From: a virus
DNA length: 64,000 nt
Strand: one strand, 5' to 3'
Virus record (IMG/VR): IMGVR_UViG_3300027822_000011
Shown here: piece by piece, positions 44,497-55,600 of the stretch
How positions within the stretch are numbered: position 1 is the first letter of the stretch
Layout: each line of letters starts with the position of its first letter
The notes under the pieces: model-generated
Databases searched by the model: none
What the model was told of the DNA's origin: nothing
The model's input: the letters and a program-made list of their open reading frames with translations, nothing else
Position numbers and translations under genes: made by a program

Positions 44497-45885
44497 TTAA
44501 AGTGATAGTTTTGTAATTAATGAAGTTGAAACAGATCTATAAGTGGTTCCGTCTTCTTCAATAAAATTAGTTATTTTAAATTCAATGGAAGTTGCTAATG
44601 CTCCATTATCAGAAATATTTGCCGCTGAAGAATAAGTCCAGGTTAAGGCATTAATATCGGTTTCAGTTCTTACCAAAACAGAACTTACCCAAACTTCCAC
44701 AGTAAAATATCCCTCATGATCACTATTTGCTAAAATAGTTCCTGGTACTCCAATACCTGCCCCAGTTCCTCTTTTTCTGGCACTCCAAGTTAAAATAATA
44801 TCTGCAGAATATCTTGAAGCAAAAGATGCCCCATTACCACAAAAATTTACTACCCTGTAAGGAGTTTTAGCAACCCCTGAGATAACCAATGGAAAAGCAA
44901 TTGAATCTGAAATACTCCCTTTTAACTGATTATTAAAGGGAACCAATTTAAAATATCTGGTGGCCCCGGCTATAATTTCAGTATCGTCAACTTGCCCTAT
45001 AAATTGATTAATAAAAAAAGCTCCGGTTCCAATTGGGTGAACAGCTTGACTCGTCCCATATCTCCCACGAATAACCCCTTCTAATAAATAAATGGTTCCA
45101 GAAACAGGCGTAATTGATGTGAATGAAATTATTTCATCTTCGATTGATAACAGATTATTTTGACCACTAAGAGTATTAGACCACGCAATAGTATCAATCA
45201 AAGAAACATCAGTTGTTGAAAAATTTATCAAAATGCCATTAGTATCATCAATTGGAAAAGTTAAAGGATATTCTTCGGTTAATTCTCCATATGGTTGGAT
45301 ATTAGCAAAAGTATCTATTAAATTATATGAACTGTCATCATAACTAATATAAAGTTCAAACCCAAGATCAACCGGGGTCATTCTGGCAGCTACTGGTATT
45401 ACTTGAATTCCAGTTCCTGATAAAGCATAAGGGGCCTCAGCAACTTTTACATAATCAAATCCTTCTGGGGTATAATCGGTTGGTTGCACTGAATGATCAA
45501 CAATAGTTGAAATAAAAGTAGTTGTTGATTTGGCAACTCCAAATATATCTTCCATACAATTTATTGTGATTTTTTCAGATTCCATTGAACTTTCTTCGAT
45601 AAATAAAATCCGTAAAATCATTTCAACTATTCCATATTTAGCAAATGAAAATTTAAAAGTATCACCAACTTGTAATCTAAATAAATTTCTATTCACTACC
45701 AAAGATAAAATAGCAAAAGGATATGATTCTTTTTGTAATTGTTGTTTAGCAGCCCATACTGCATTTGAGTTTCTGGTGAATAATCCAAGCTGAATTGTTT
45801 TTGAAACTATCCTATTTTGAATAGCTCTATTTCCTGGATCACGGGCAGGTGGATCTGCCATAGATTTTTTAAAATCAAGTGCCAT
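44497..45885 (-). CDS. Tail tip/host-specificity protein, C-terminal part
   Basis: ARDPGN, LQVGDTFKF, LEGVIRGRYGT, YFKLVPFN, ILTWSAR. Confidence 0.7.
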   Translation of the reverse strand: MALDFKKSMADPPARDPGNRAIQNRIVSKTIQLGLFTRNSNAVWAAKQQLQKESYPFAILSLVVNRNLFRLQVGDTFKFSFAKYGIVEMILRILFIEESSMESEKITINCMEDIFGVAKSTTTFISTIVDHSVQPTDYTPEGFDYVKVAEAPYALSGTGIQVIPVAARMTPVDLGFELYISYDDSSYNLIDTFANIQPYGELTEEYPLTFPIDDTNGILINFSTTDVSLIDTIAWSNTLSGQNNLLSIEDEIISFTSITPVSGTIYLLEGVIRGRYGTSQAVHPIGTGAFFINQFIGQVDDTEIIAGATRYFKLVPFNNQLKGSISDSIAFPLVISGVAKTPYRVVNFCGNGASFASRYSADIILTWSARKRGTGAGIGVPGTILANSDHEGYFTVEVWVSSVLVRTETDINALTWTYSSAANISDNGALATSIEFKITNFIEEDGTTYRSVSTSLITKLSL

Positions 45886-45904
45886 TTTATTCTCCCCCTT
45901 TTAT

Positions 45905-48058
45905 TTATTTCCACGCATACAAATTATTTGTAGCACCAAATAATTTTATCCACTCTCCATCATCATAAGGAGTCCATTCTGCCACATTTCCACCCCAATA
46001 ACCTAAAGCTCCACCTGTTCTATTAATGAGCCCACCAGCAGTTAAATTAAAACCCCCCATTGCATGGGTTTCAATATCAGTATAATCACTTCCTGCTATT
46101 TTTACTGGGTCAATATGAAACAATTGACCATCATCTAAACCCAATTTATTATATGACCCATGACCAGCAACATAAATATCTCCATCAGTAGTCAAAATAT
46201 GAATACCTTCTTGACTTGAAGTACCAGTTAATTGAATTTTTTTTACTTTTAATCCAGATACTAATGATTGTTCAAATTCATTTGGTCTAAAACTCGAATA
46301 TCCTAAACCTAACTGACCATATGAATTTGCTCCACATCCATATAAATTATCCTCAATATCAATAGCACTTGCCATTGAATAAAAGTTTTTTGGAGTAGTT
46401 ACATATTTCCAGGAAATTGACTCTGGAACTAATTGGAGATCCAGATATGAAACATTATTACCCAAACCTAAATTACCAAAACCACCATAACCACAATCAT
46501 ACATTTGATGAGAAGTATTTATAAAATATGAAGTATATACCCCAGCATGAATATATTCCCAGTCTGAATTAATTCCAATCATAGTTAAATCTTGTAAATT
46601 TGTTCCATAATTATCTCGTGGCAAACCTAAACCTAATTGACCGTGAGAATTCCAACCACATGAAAAAATAAAACCTGATTGTGAAAGTAATAAAGTGTGA
46701 TTATTCATGCAAGATACTTGCTTCCAAGGGCCTTCGTCTAATAAAGTAAGTTCTAATAATTCAACATTTTCAGCAATACCTGGCATGACTTTTGATGCAT
46801 TTTTACCAATTCCATATAGTTGGCCAGTTTCAGTAACAAACATTGCTCCATCATTAAAACAAGCTACACTAATTACATCACCAATAATAATTCTTGTTAA
46901 TTCATCAATTGCAATATCTATTGGAAGCCCAATACATCTATACCCATTCTGACCGGCCCCATAAAAACCAGTTAATAAATTAATTAATTCAGAATATTGA
47001 ACTTTTATTTCATTAAGGGTATCAATCCACGCTTTTCTTGAAAAAACAGGAGTTTCTAAAAGGGTATTTTCATCAACCAATAATAAATCATCAACAACAT
47101 AATCATCCCGAATTAATTTAGTATAAAATTTTCCATCAGATCCATACCGCAAAATATTATCAATATGACTATTTATTGATTGAATATAAGTCATAGCATT
47201 TGTCTGATCTTTTAATAAAACAGATATCCCCCTATTTTCACTTAATAAAGTATTAGCCACCTGACTAAAAGAACTTTCATTTAAATAACTTTCTGGTAAT
47301 CCAGTCAAATTATTTAAAATATACCACAAAGCATGGGCTGGGTTATAATCATATAATTTGATAATATTATTGGAATTAAATGATAAAACAGGAGTTTTTT
47401 GTACCATAATTGTCATGGTTGGCATTCGAGGATAATTACCAATATAGCAATCATTAAAAACGGCCCAACAATAATTCCTATATGGAGTATTTAAAGTTTC
47501 ATCATCCATCAATCCACCAAGAGTTGTATTTGGTATTTGATCATCAGTTCCAAAATAAAAAGTACATGACCCCATATCAAGTAAAGTAACTGTTTCTTGT
47601 CCACCTGAAACAGGACATTCCAAATATCCTTCCCAAACCACATTGTCATTTTTAAAAATGGTGTAAAGAATATCAACTGGTCCTTTTACAAAACCTAAGG
47701 CCCAAGTAGCGTAATATTTATATCCAGACAATTGAGAACTTGAAGATGGTGAGCCCCCTTTTCCCCCTGAACTTGTTTCAGAATATTGCGCCTCTGATCT
47801 TTCATTTAAATATATCAAAAGATGCCCAGTTATTTTACCAATACCAAGTAAATCTGGACAAGGGTCACCAATAGTACTGATTGTCACGCTTTTTTCTGGA
47901 TTTGGTAACCCTGGGGTTGGGACATCTGCAGTAATTGGGTCAATCATCACCCCAACACCAAGACCTAACCCAGCCCCATAAACTGCCCCCATTGGGCCAC
48001 CAAGGAAAAATCCTATTGTCCCACCTATTGCCCCACCGAGGAATCCACCTAATGACAT
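45905..48058 (-). CDS. Tail tip protein, N-terminal part, fused to an RCC1-like beta-propeller
   Basis: Gly-rich N-terminus, DQIPN, PYRNYCWAVF, YNPAHALWYIL; then repeated G.N.(Y/H)GQLGLG motifs. Confidence 0.75.
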   Translation of the reverse strand: MSLGGFLGGAIGGTIGFFLGGPMGAVYGAGLGLGVGVMIDPITADVPTPGLPNPEKSVTISTIGDPCPDLLGIGKITGHLLIYLNERSEAQYSETSSGGKGGSPSSSSQLSGYKYYATWALGFVKGPVDILYTIFKNDNVVWEGYLECPVSGGQETVTLLDMGSCTFYFGTDDQIPNTTLGGLMDDETLNTPYRNYCWAVFNDCYIGNYPRMPTMTIMVQKTPVLSFNSNNIIKLYDYNPAHALWYILNNLTGLPESYLNESSFSQVANTLLSENRGISVLLKDQTNAMTYIQSINSHIDNILRYGSDGKFYTKLIRDDYVVDDLLLVDENTLLETPVFSRKAWIDTLNEIKVQYSELINLLTGFYGAGQNGYRCIGLPIDIAIDELTRIIIGDVISVACFNDGAMFVTETGQLYGIGKNASKVMPGIAENVELLELTLLDEGPWKQVSCMNNHTLLLSQSGFIFSCGWNSHGQLGLGLPRDNYGTNLQDLTMIGINSDWEYIHAGVYTSYFINTSHQMYDCGYGGFGNLGLGNNVSYLDLQLVPESISWKYVTTPKNFYSMASAIDIEDNLYGCGANSYGQLGLGYSSFRPNEFEQSLVSGLKVKKIQLTGTSSQEGIHILTTDGDIYVAGHGSYNKLGLDDGQLFHIDPVKIAGSDYTDIETHAMGGFNLTAGGLINRTGGALGYWGGNVAEWTPYDDGEWIKLFGATNNLYAWK

Positions 48059-48060
48059 GA

Positions 48061-48510
48061 CTATTCCTTTATTCTGTATGCATATTTCATTTGTGATTTA
48101 AATTTTTTATCATTCACATGAATGCTCACCACTCCAATATCATTTATTGCTTGATAAATATGCTTATCAAAAAAAATACCAGTATGCGAAGCTGCTTTTC
48201 CATAATGTGATAAAACAATATCACCATTTTTTAAATTATTCAAAGAAACTTTGTATACAAATAAATATTTTAAAATGGCCTCCTCCAATACTTCTCGAGT
48301 ATTATGCATATGCCAATCTCTTGGATAATTTGGTATCATTCCCTTTTTCAAAGAAAGTAATTCAAATTCTTCAAAAACTCTGACACACAAATGAATACAA
48401 TCGCATCCAATTTGCTGAACTCCGCATCTATGCCGAAAAGGGGTACCCTCCCATTTTTTTAAAATTTTTAATAATTTTTGTTGTCTTTTTTTATCTTCAA
48501 AATAGTCCAT
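48061..48510 (-). CDS. NlpC/P60 tail-associated peptidase
   Basis: WEGTPFRH, GCDCIHL, GDIVL, HTGIF. Confidence 0.85.
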   Translation of the reverse strand: MDYFEDKKRQQKLLKILKKWEGTPFRHRCGVQQIGCDCIHLCVRVFEEFELLSLKKGMIPNYPRDWHMHNTREVLEEAILKYLFVYKVSLNNLKNGDIVLSHYGKAASHTGIFFDKHIYQAINDIGVVSIHVNDKKFKSQMKYAYRIKE

Positions 48511-48519
48511 ATCATTCCT

Positions 48520-49338
48520 TTACCATGAAACTCTGGTTGCCGGATTATCAACCGGTATAAATGGAAACCCTAAAAAATTATTAATATTATCAAATTTATC
48601 CCGGCAGGTTTCAATTCTTCCGTCGCAGCCAGGATAGGCAGTTATTGCGCTACCATCTATCAAAGTCACCATTCTATAATTCAAAGTGATAACATCCCCT
48701 ACATGATCAACAATCGTTCTTGATTCCTGCCCAAAAATGACCTCTCCTCTAATAAAAAATCCATCAGCTTGCAATGCAAAATCTGACGAGGTCAATATTA
48801 AACCGGTAGCATCTAAACTAATAGTAGTTGAAGTAATATATGATGCTTTAGTCAAAGAACAATTTTCATCAAAAAGGAAATGGTTACAATTTACCTGGTA
48901 CCGCCATATAGGAATTATTTTTTTAAGAAAATGTTCAAAACCAATACAGGTAGCTGACGCAACCGGCCCTTTAAAAGAAACCGTTTTTAATTGACCTGAA
49001 AATAGAATTACCGCTTCAAGAGGATCCATATCACGATGCAATTTGGATACTTCTATCCAAATACCTTCGATAGGGTTAATCGCAATATATTCCAAAGCAG
49101 GGTCATCTAAATATCCAAATTTAATAACAAGACTCGTTAAATCAATTTGAGCAGTAAACCTAATTGAACCTCTACTAATTGTGGCAGGCAAATAAGTTTC
49201 ACCATCAAAATCAACAGAAACATCACCACTGGTATACCTCCAATGGTCTCCATTATCATTCCATAAATGATAAAGTTCAACTGGTTTTCGTTGAATAGCT
49301 TCTTCTTTGGCTATATAAGCAATTGATGCACTTTTCAT
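48520..49338 (-). CDS. Minor tail protein (DUF2163/BR0599, gpL-like)
   Basis: WRYTSGD, CNHFLFDENC, GCDG..ETC..KFDN..NFLGFPFIP. Confidence 0.85.
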   Translation of the reverse strand: MKSASIAYIAKEEAIQRKPVELYHLWNDNGDHWRYTSGDVSVDFDGETYLPATISRGSIRFTAQIDLTSLVIKFGYLDDPALEYIAINPIEGIWIEVSKLHRDMDPLEAVILFSGQLKTVSFKGPVASATCIGFEHFLKKIIPIWRYQVNCNHFLFDENCSLTKASYITSTTISLDATGLILTSSDFALQADGFFIRGEVIFGQESRTIVDHVGDVITLNYRMVTLIDGSAITAYPGCDGRIETCRDKFDNINNFLGFPFIPVDNPATRVSW

Positions 49339-49344
49339 AATTTA

Positions 49345-49590
49345 TTACCTTAGCCCTAATCTAATCATAGGAATTTTGTGTGAATACCTATTGTTTGTCC
49401 TAATCGGAGAATCATTTAAATAAGAACAATATTTATGATCTGAAAATTTTTGAAAAATTTCCTTTTCTAATCGACCAGCTGTTAAAGATCTTGAAGAATC
49501 TCTACTATACCTAATTATTACCGGGAATAATAAAGATAAATAATCAGTTGGTATGGCTACTTTACTACTAAAATAATTACCCACAATCAA
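49345..49590 (-). CDS. Hypothetical protein
   Basis: AAGGAG RBS before GTG; about 79 aa. Confidence 0.4.
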   Translation of the reverse strand: MIVGNYFSSKVAIPTDYLSLLFPVIIRYSRDSSRSLTAGRLEKEIFQKFSDHKYCSYLNDSPIRTNNRYSHKIPMIRLGLR

Positions 49591-49606
49591 CTCCTTATTA
49601 AATTTA

Positions 49607-50923
49607 TTAAACTGTGGTAGTTGTAGTTGTCACAAAATAATCAGTTACTCTTGGAGATATTCCAACTTCTAAAGATAATCTGGTATTTGCTGCAGAAGCA
49701 AATCCCCAATGTCTCCAACCTTCATCACAAATAACATAATAAGAAGTTGAATCAGGTGCTATTGAAAAATTAACATCTGGAGTAAGAGCAGTGGCTGAAT
49801 TTGCTGTTATCAATCGCATTTGACCAGCACCAGTTCCAGTTGTTATAATTACGACTTTATCAACAAATTCATTAACAGTCCAACTTTGCCCGGTATCATT
49901 TAAAGCAGTTGTTGATCCAGAAGTTGCCAAAGTCTCCTCTTGCTGAATTCCTATACAAACGGTATCTTCATATGAAGTATAATCGGCTACAGCTTCAAAA
50001 GGACTTTTTAAAAGAAAGTTGTCAAGAAACCCAATCAAACCAGTACCACCAGTTCCCCTTTTAACCATCAAAGGACTACCAATGTATAAATTAGATGGCC
50101 CTTGATTAATTGCCCCACTAAAATTATCTGGGTCTAAAAAAGCAGGATCAAATAATTCATAACATGCATTATATCCAGAAATATTAGCAGTACCTTGAGT
50201 TGTATAAATCTCAGAAGCTGTATAACATTGCAGTGCATTAAAATTCATCAAAATATATGGATCAGGAGCATATCCAACAATAGCACCGGCTTGAAAGGCT
50301 AAATAAATCTGATCAACTGTTATTGTATGGTTCACTCTATCCACTGCTGTTATTATTGATTTGTGTGATCTTCCGGTACATGATGAATTTTGAGTGTCCC
50401 AAATAGATACCATAGCACCAACAGTAAAATATTGAGCTTGCCCTTTTCCAAGCTGTAATACTTTAACCAATCCAGTTGTAACAGAAGCCCCTAATTTGGC
50501 TATTGCTTTATGGGCACATGATATTCTTGCCATAATAGTACCATAATAAGATGCAGCAACTTTTGTAATAAAAGATAAAAAATCTTTATTACCAGTCATC
50601 CAAAAATAAAACGGACTTTCAGATGTAATAATAAAATTATATGAATCACCTCCAATTTTGATTAATCCTGCATGAGTGCTGTTATTCCAAAAATAATACC
50701 GGTGAAGTTGAATTTTATTTGCAACAGTTAAATTTAATTTTAAATAATTTCTCCAATAACAAGGCTTATCACTTTCACCATCTGAATAATAAACAACATA
50801 ATTACTTCCTGATAATTGATCATCATGAAGAGTCCATCCCATTGCTACTAATTCAGTTTCTATTAAAGCAATACAAGCTGCCCTATCAGCAACTGCTAAA
50901 GCTACAATTCTTCGCATTGTCAT
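49607..50923 (-). CDS. Tail-associated protein with a Thr-rich C-terminus
   Basis: GTGAGQMRLITAN...PDSTSYYVI; ends VTTTTTTV; position in the tail module. Confidence 0.55.
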   Translation of the reverse strand: MTMRRIVALAVADRAACIALIETELVAMGWTLHDDQLSGSNYVVYYSDGESDKPCYWRNYLKLNLTVANKIQLHRYYFWNNSTHAGLIKIGGDSYNFIITSESPFYFWMTGNKDFLSFITKVAASYYGTIMARISCAHKAIAKLGASVTTGLVKVLQLGKGQAQYFTVGAMVSIWDTQNSSCTGRSHKSIITAVDRVNHTITVDQIYLAFQAGAIVGYAPDPYILMNFNALQCYTASEIYTTQGTANISGYNACYELFDPAFLDPDNFSGAINQGPSNLYIGSPLMVKRGTGGTGLIGFLDNFLLKSPFEAVADYTSYEDTVCIGIQQEETLATSGSTTALNDTGQSWTVNEFVDKVVIITTGTGAGQMRLITANSATALTPDVNFSIAPDSTSYYVICDEGWRHWGFASAANTRLSLEVGISPRVTDYFVTTTTTTV

Positions 50924-50940
50924 GTCTTTTTCTCCTTTTA

Positions 50941-52581
50941 TTAATTTTCATTAAATCCTATTATGTGCGCTGGTTTAAAATATGAAGTAACTCCAGAACT
51001 TACGTCTTCTCCTTGTTGAAATGAGAGAGTAGTTGAAGTTGTTCCTGTTTGAGTAGTAGTGGTCGTTGAAGTAGAACTCGTAGTCGTTGTTGACAAAATT
51101 GGTGGATTTGTCATGGTCGTTGAACTTGTACTTGAAGTAGAACTCGTACTCGTAGTCGAAAAAGTTGATGTAGTCGAAAAAGTTGATGTTGTGGTTGATG
51201 AAGATGAAGTTGAAGTACTCGTGCTCGTTGAAGTAGTTGAATTTGTTGAAGATGTTGTAGTCGAACTCGAAGTAGTCGTGGTCGTTGAAGTAGTAGTAGT
51301 CCCCCCAAAAACAGTAGTTGATGTAGTTGATGAAGAAGTCGTTGAAGTAGTCGTGGTCGTTGAAGTAGTGGTAGTTGTCATTATTGGTTGTTCAGAATAG
51401 GAAGATTTAAAAGTTAAATCAATATCAACTTTTGAATCTGTTAGATATTTTAATTCTATTTCATCTTGATTAAATTGACAAAATGAACAAAAACAGACCA
51501 ATAATCCACCATTGATATCTTCCTGAGTAATATCATAAGCCAGACCATTTGTTAAGCGCAAGGTATCAGCATCCTGCGCAAGTTTGACCCCTACTACCTG
51601 ATAATCCCCATTTGGCCAAATAATGATAATGTAATCACCAAGGGGAGTTCCTTCATAATAAGTCCCATATTCAATATTTTCAATTGGCAATAAAGTATCC
51701 GAACTGCTTGCCGGTAAATTCACCTTAATATCAACCAACCAAGATGGTCTCCAGAAAGAACCAAATCTACCCTTATGATAATCAAAGAATTCAATTATAC
51801 TTTGAATAGCATCTTTATCAACTCCATAATATGATGCCTTTTCTTTTATATCATTATTCTCCCATTCATCCCAAAAAGTACTTTTTCCTAAATAGGCTAA
51901 TAATTCACTTTGGTGCATTTGATCTTCTTGGACCTGAGTTGACCAATCCGGCAAAATATTAAAAATAGGATAATCTTTGTAAACTGGCCAAGCTGAAATC
52001 GAAGGACTATATCTTGTAATTTCATCAAATTCTTCGGATGCTTCAATATTAATATCAGCCAAAATATTTGTGGAATATACACTACTTTGAACAATTTGAA
52101 TCCTTGCTTTTAGGATAGGATAAACACATATTCCACTTTCCCAAGTTGATACCAAATTATCAACAACGGTTATTTGATTTGCTGAAATAGTAGCAATTGT
52201 GGCAATTTCAAATTCATTTTGATTTTTATAAATAACGCATTTTGCCCCTACTTCAAAATTTCTATTTGCCGTTTCAGTAATTAATAATATTTTTTGGCCT
52301 AACAAAACTTCATCTAATAAAGTTGCTGAATCTTGCCAATACGGAATACCCCATACTTTTTGTAAATTTTTATTAATCTTTCGTTTTACATAAGATGTTT
52401 GGCCATAAGTTCCGGTTTCTATCTTAAATGATAAAACCCTGCGAGGCCAAGTAAAAATTGCTGATTTCTTTGGACTATTATTAATTGATGTTTGAAAAGT
52501 TGTCTTCCACTTCTTTTTAAAAGATATCCCCCTTTGCCAATTTGGTTCAATTAAAAAATAATCATCAACTGAAGTAGTCAT
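50941..52581 (-). CDS. Distal tail-like protein with a roughly 105-residue Thr/Ser tract
   Basis: FLIEPNW, WPRRVL, FFDYHKGRFGSFWRPSW; follows the tape measure. Confidence 0.65.
   Translation of the reverse strand: MTTSVDDYFLIEPNWQRGISFKKKWKTTFQTSINNSPKKSAIFTWPRRVLSFKIETGTYGQTSYVKRKINKNLQKVWGIPYWQDSATLLDEVLLGQKILLITETANRNFEVGAKCVIYKNQNEFEIATIATISANQITVVDNLVSTWESGICVYPILKARIQIVQSSVYSTNILADINIEASEEFDEITRYSPSISAWPVYKDYPIFNILPDWSTQVQEDQMHQSELLAYLGKSTFWDEWENNDIKEKASYYGVDKDAIQSIIEFFDYHKGRFGSFWRPSWLVDIKVNLPASSSDTLLPIENIEYGTYYEGTPLGDYIIIIWPNGDYQVVGVKLAQDADTLRLTNGLAYDITQEDINGGLLVCFCSFCQFNQDEIELKYLTDSKVDIDLTFKSSYSEQPIMTTTTTSTTTTTSTTSSSTTSTTVFGGTTTTSTTTTTSSSTTTSSTNSTTSTSTSTSTSSSSTTTSTFSTTSTFSTTSTSSTSSTSSTTMTNPPILSTTTTSSTSTTTTTQTGTTSTTLSFQQGEDVSSGVTSYFKPAHIIGFNEN
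51048..51380 (-). repeat. Low-complexity tract encoding poly-Thr/Ser
   Basis: gtagtcgt/gttgaagt iterations on the + strand. Confidence 0.9.
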
Positions 52582-52583
52582 AT

Positions 52584-55391
52584 TTACACCCCACTTCTTA
52601 GCATTCTTTGGGCTGCTTCTGGCCTGGCTCCAAGTATATTTAAAACTGCATTTTGTCCTGCAGACGAAGCAAGATAACTTTCTATTTGTGATGGGTCAGT
52701 CACATTTATGATATTAACCTGGGGTGATTCAGTTCCTTGATTTGGTGAATTATTTTTTTGGTTATTGGTTATTACATTATTAATATTTCTACTTCTATTT
52801 GTGATAGGTCCCCCGGCAGCATATCCGGCAAATGCTCCTTTTAGAAGAGTCTTGTGTCGAATAGCTTCCATAAATGGAAGTCCATAATAATCAACAGCTG
52901 ATACCGGTTGCATAAATTCTCGTGATGTTGCCCTAATCAAAATATCATCAGAGGTTGAAGTTGGTGAGTTACCCCTTACTTCACCACCCGCGGCCAATCC
53001 CTGCCCAGCAATCACAGCAATCTGGGCAGCTCCCATTGCTCCTGCTATCACTGCCATTGGAATATTTGGTAATGCTTTTGTAATAGCTGTGGCAGTATTT
53101 ATAGTGGCTTCTGCTATTGCGGCAGCTTTTGCAAGATAAAAAAGTTCTTTATTTTCCTTGCCCATCATTTCATATAATTGACCAAATATCTGAGCAGCCC
53201 CACCTGCTATATTTTTTAAATTATTTATTTTATATTCGTTTAAACGCATTTGTTGATCAGCTGCCATTTGTTCTTTTTCTTGAGCCTGGGCAGCAGTTTG
53301 ATCACTAATAGCTTTTTTCTGTTCAGCAAAAGCTGTTTCAATTTCAAGTTCACTTGCTTTTCGATCGTTTAATGCATCAATATTTGCTTTATGGAAAACA
53401 CGCACCGTTTCAAGTTCAGCATTTTGACGAGTTTGTAAATCAGATATTTCTTTTTGAAATAAGCTGTCAAGAGTTGTGGTCTCATCTGATCTCAACCGGT
53501 CTTTCTGATCTTGTAATGCTTTCTCAGCTTTCACTTTTAACCGATTAACTTTTAATTGGGCAGACAATTCTTTTTCTTTTAAATCATCCTGTGCTTTTAT
53601 TTTTTCAGCATCTAAAGCAATGGTTTCAATTTGTAATTTTTTATCAAGTGAAAAAAGCTGTGCATTTAATATTTCTTTTTTAGAAATATCTGTTTCAGTT
53701 TCAAACTTATTAACTAAAATTTCTCTTTCTTGTGCTGATCTACGGGTAATAATTTCCAATCTATCAGTATAATACTTATCCAAAGAAACTTTTTTTTGTT
53801 CATAATCAGCTTCCAGTTGTGCTTCTTCTTGACCAAGCATGGCATTTAATCGAATTAAAGCTGCCTTTAACTTAGCTTCAATCGAAACTGGTACAATATT
53901 ATTGGCTATTCCTTTACCAAGTTTTTTAGAACCTTTACCAAGCGGACCAGATGGCTTTCCAGCATTCTCTAAAACCTTCCTTGCTTTATTCATTTCAGCA
54001 GTAATTGGTTTGGTAACTGACCCATCAAATTTGTCCCCAATACCCACTAAAGATTTTGATTCTTCCAAATATCCTTTTAAAGCTTCTTGAGCCAAGGCAA
54101 AATTACCAGTTAAAGCGGCCCCGGCAACTATTGATAAAGCAATCCAAGATTGAAATAAATTAACAGTTTTTGATACCACCCAATTTATTCCAGTAAAAAC
54201 ATCAACAACGGTTCGTCCCCATCCTGATAAGTTCCCATCCTTTTGTAATTTAATAAGAGTATTAGTCACCGACACCAGCCAATCTCGAAAAGCTGTTAAA
54301 ATAACTTGGACTTCTGGGCCAAATGCTTCTCCAAGGGCTATTTTAACTGATTCAATTACAGATACTGTTTTTCGTAATTGACCACCAATTCCTGCTTCCA
54401 TTTTTTCTGCTATTTCTTCTGATACTCCACCGGCATTTCTTAATTTTTCAATTAAATCTGCTAATGAATCAGAACCCATATTTAATAAAGCTGCCATACC
54501 TGGGCCAGCTCGCTCACCAAAAATGGCTAATGCTTCATCACCACGAATTCCTGCTTGTTCAAGTTGTTCAAGAGTTTTCTGGAATCCAACAAAATCACCA
54601 TCACTATCTTTTATCTGAAGAGCGACTCCTCCAAGTCTATCGGTTAGTCCAGCTAACAATTTAGATTCCTGGGCGGTTGGATTCAACAAGGCGCCAATCG
54701 TTCCTTTTAAAGCTGTTCCAGCAAGAGTACCTTTTATACCTGCGGTTCCTAATGCTCCAATAGCCCCAACTAAGTCTTCAAAATCGGATCCAACCCCTTT
54801 TGCAATTGGCCCAACAATTTTGAAAGCTTCCCCAATTTCAACCAAATTAACATTACTGGAAGTAAAAGTTTTAACAAGAACATCATTGACTTGACTTAAA
54901 TTTTCAACTTCAAGACCAAAAGCTGACAAAACATTGGTTGCAATATCTGCGGCTGATCCAAGATCTAATGCACCAGCAGCTGCCAAATTTAAAACCCCTG
55001 GCAATGCAGTGGTAGCTTCCGATGCTTCAAACCCAGCCATTCCCAAAAATCTAAGGGCTTCAGCAGCATTGCTTGCGGTATATCTAGTTTCTTTCCCCAT
55101 CTCTTTGGCAACGTTAGTCATCTTGACCATTTCATCAGTTGTTGCCCCAGTTACGGCAGCTACTCCCCGCATATTATCGTCAAAATCAGCAAAGGTTTTT
55201 ACCGCACTACCAAAAAGGGCTCCACTTGCTAAAAGACCGGCAATCCCAGCCATTTGCACATAGAACCCTTTCATACTTTTTGCAGCGTCTGCAGCCCCTT
55301 TATTAACTTTACCTAAATCATTTTTTAAACCGGATAAACCACGCTTTGCCATATTCTGCAGGGTAACCCGGATATTTAGGTCATCTGTCAT
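52584..55391 (-). CDS. Tape measure protein, TP901 family
   Basis: FDDNM..V.AVTGAT, ETRYTAS.AAEAL..LGMAG, GIKGTLAGTAL; long coiled coil. Confidence 0.95.
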   Translation of the reverse strand: MTDDLNIRVTLQNMAKRGLSGLKNDLGKVNKGAADAAKSMKGFYVQMAGIAGLLASGALFGSAVKTFADFDDNMRGVAAVTGATTDEMVKMTNVAKEMGKETRYTASNAAEALRFLGMAGFEASEATTALPGVLNLAAAGALDLGSAADIATNVLSAFGLEVENLSQVNDVLVKTFTSSNVNLVEIGEAFKIVGPIAKGVGSDFEDLVGAIGALGTAGIKGTLAGTALKGTIGALLNPTAQESKLLAGLTDRLGGVALQIKDSDGDFVGFQKTLEQLEQAGIRGDEALAIFGERAGPGMAALLNMGSDSLADLIEKLRNAGGVSEEIAEKMEAGIGGQLRKTVSVIESVKIALGEAFGPEVQVILTAFRDWLVSVTNTLIKLQKDGNLSGWGRTVVDVFTGINWVVSKTVNLFQSWIALSIVAGAALTGNFALAQEALKGYLEESKSLVGIGDKFDGSVTKPITAEMNKARKVLENAGKPSGPLGKGSKKLGKGIANNIVPVSIEAKLKAALIRLNAMLGQEEAQLEADYEQKKVSLDKYYTDRLEIITRRSAQEREILVNKFETETDISKKEILNAQLFSLDKKLQIETIALDAEKIKAQDDLKEKELSAQLKVNRLKVKAEKALQDQKDRLRSDETTTLDSLFQKEISDLQTRQNAELETVRVFHKANIDALNDRKASELEIETAFAEQKKAISDQTAAQAQEKEQMAADQQMRLNEYKINNLKNIAGGAAQIFGQLYEMMGKENKELFYLAKAAAIAEATINTATAITKALPNIPMAVIAGAMGAAQIAVIAGQGLAAGGEVRGNSPTSTSDDILIRATSREFMQPVSAVDYYGLPFMEAIRHKTLLKGAFAGYAAGGPITNRSRNINNVITNNQKNNSPNQGTESPQVNIINVTDPSQIESYLASSAGQNAVLNILGARPEAAQRMLRSGV

Positions 55392-55393
55392 TT

Positions 55394-55600
55394 TTATCTC
55401 CTTTTCATAAATCTGCTCCACGCCCTATCATCTGCAAACCTGGCTATTCTCATTGAACTGGCAAAATCTTTTTGGGTTTCATTATTAATTAATTGATGTT
55501 CATTCAGGGCTAAAACAAAAAAACTATATCCATAAGATAAAACATCAGTATGACCTGCTTCTATAAGATGGCAAGAATCTTTGAAAAGTTGTTTATATGC
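55394..55600 (-). CDS. Tail assembly chaperone, downstream (T-like) frame
   Basis: Overlaps the end of the upstream ORF in the -1 frame: HLIEAGH...YGYSFF; directly before the tape measure. Confidence 0.55.
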   Translation of the reverse strand, partial: AYKQLFKDSCHLIEAGHTDVLSYGYSFFVLALNEHQLINNETQKDFASSMRIARFADDRAWSRFMKRR

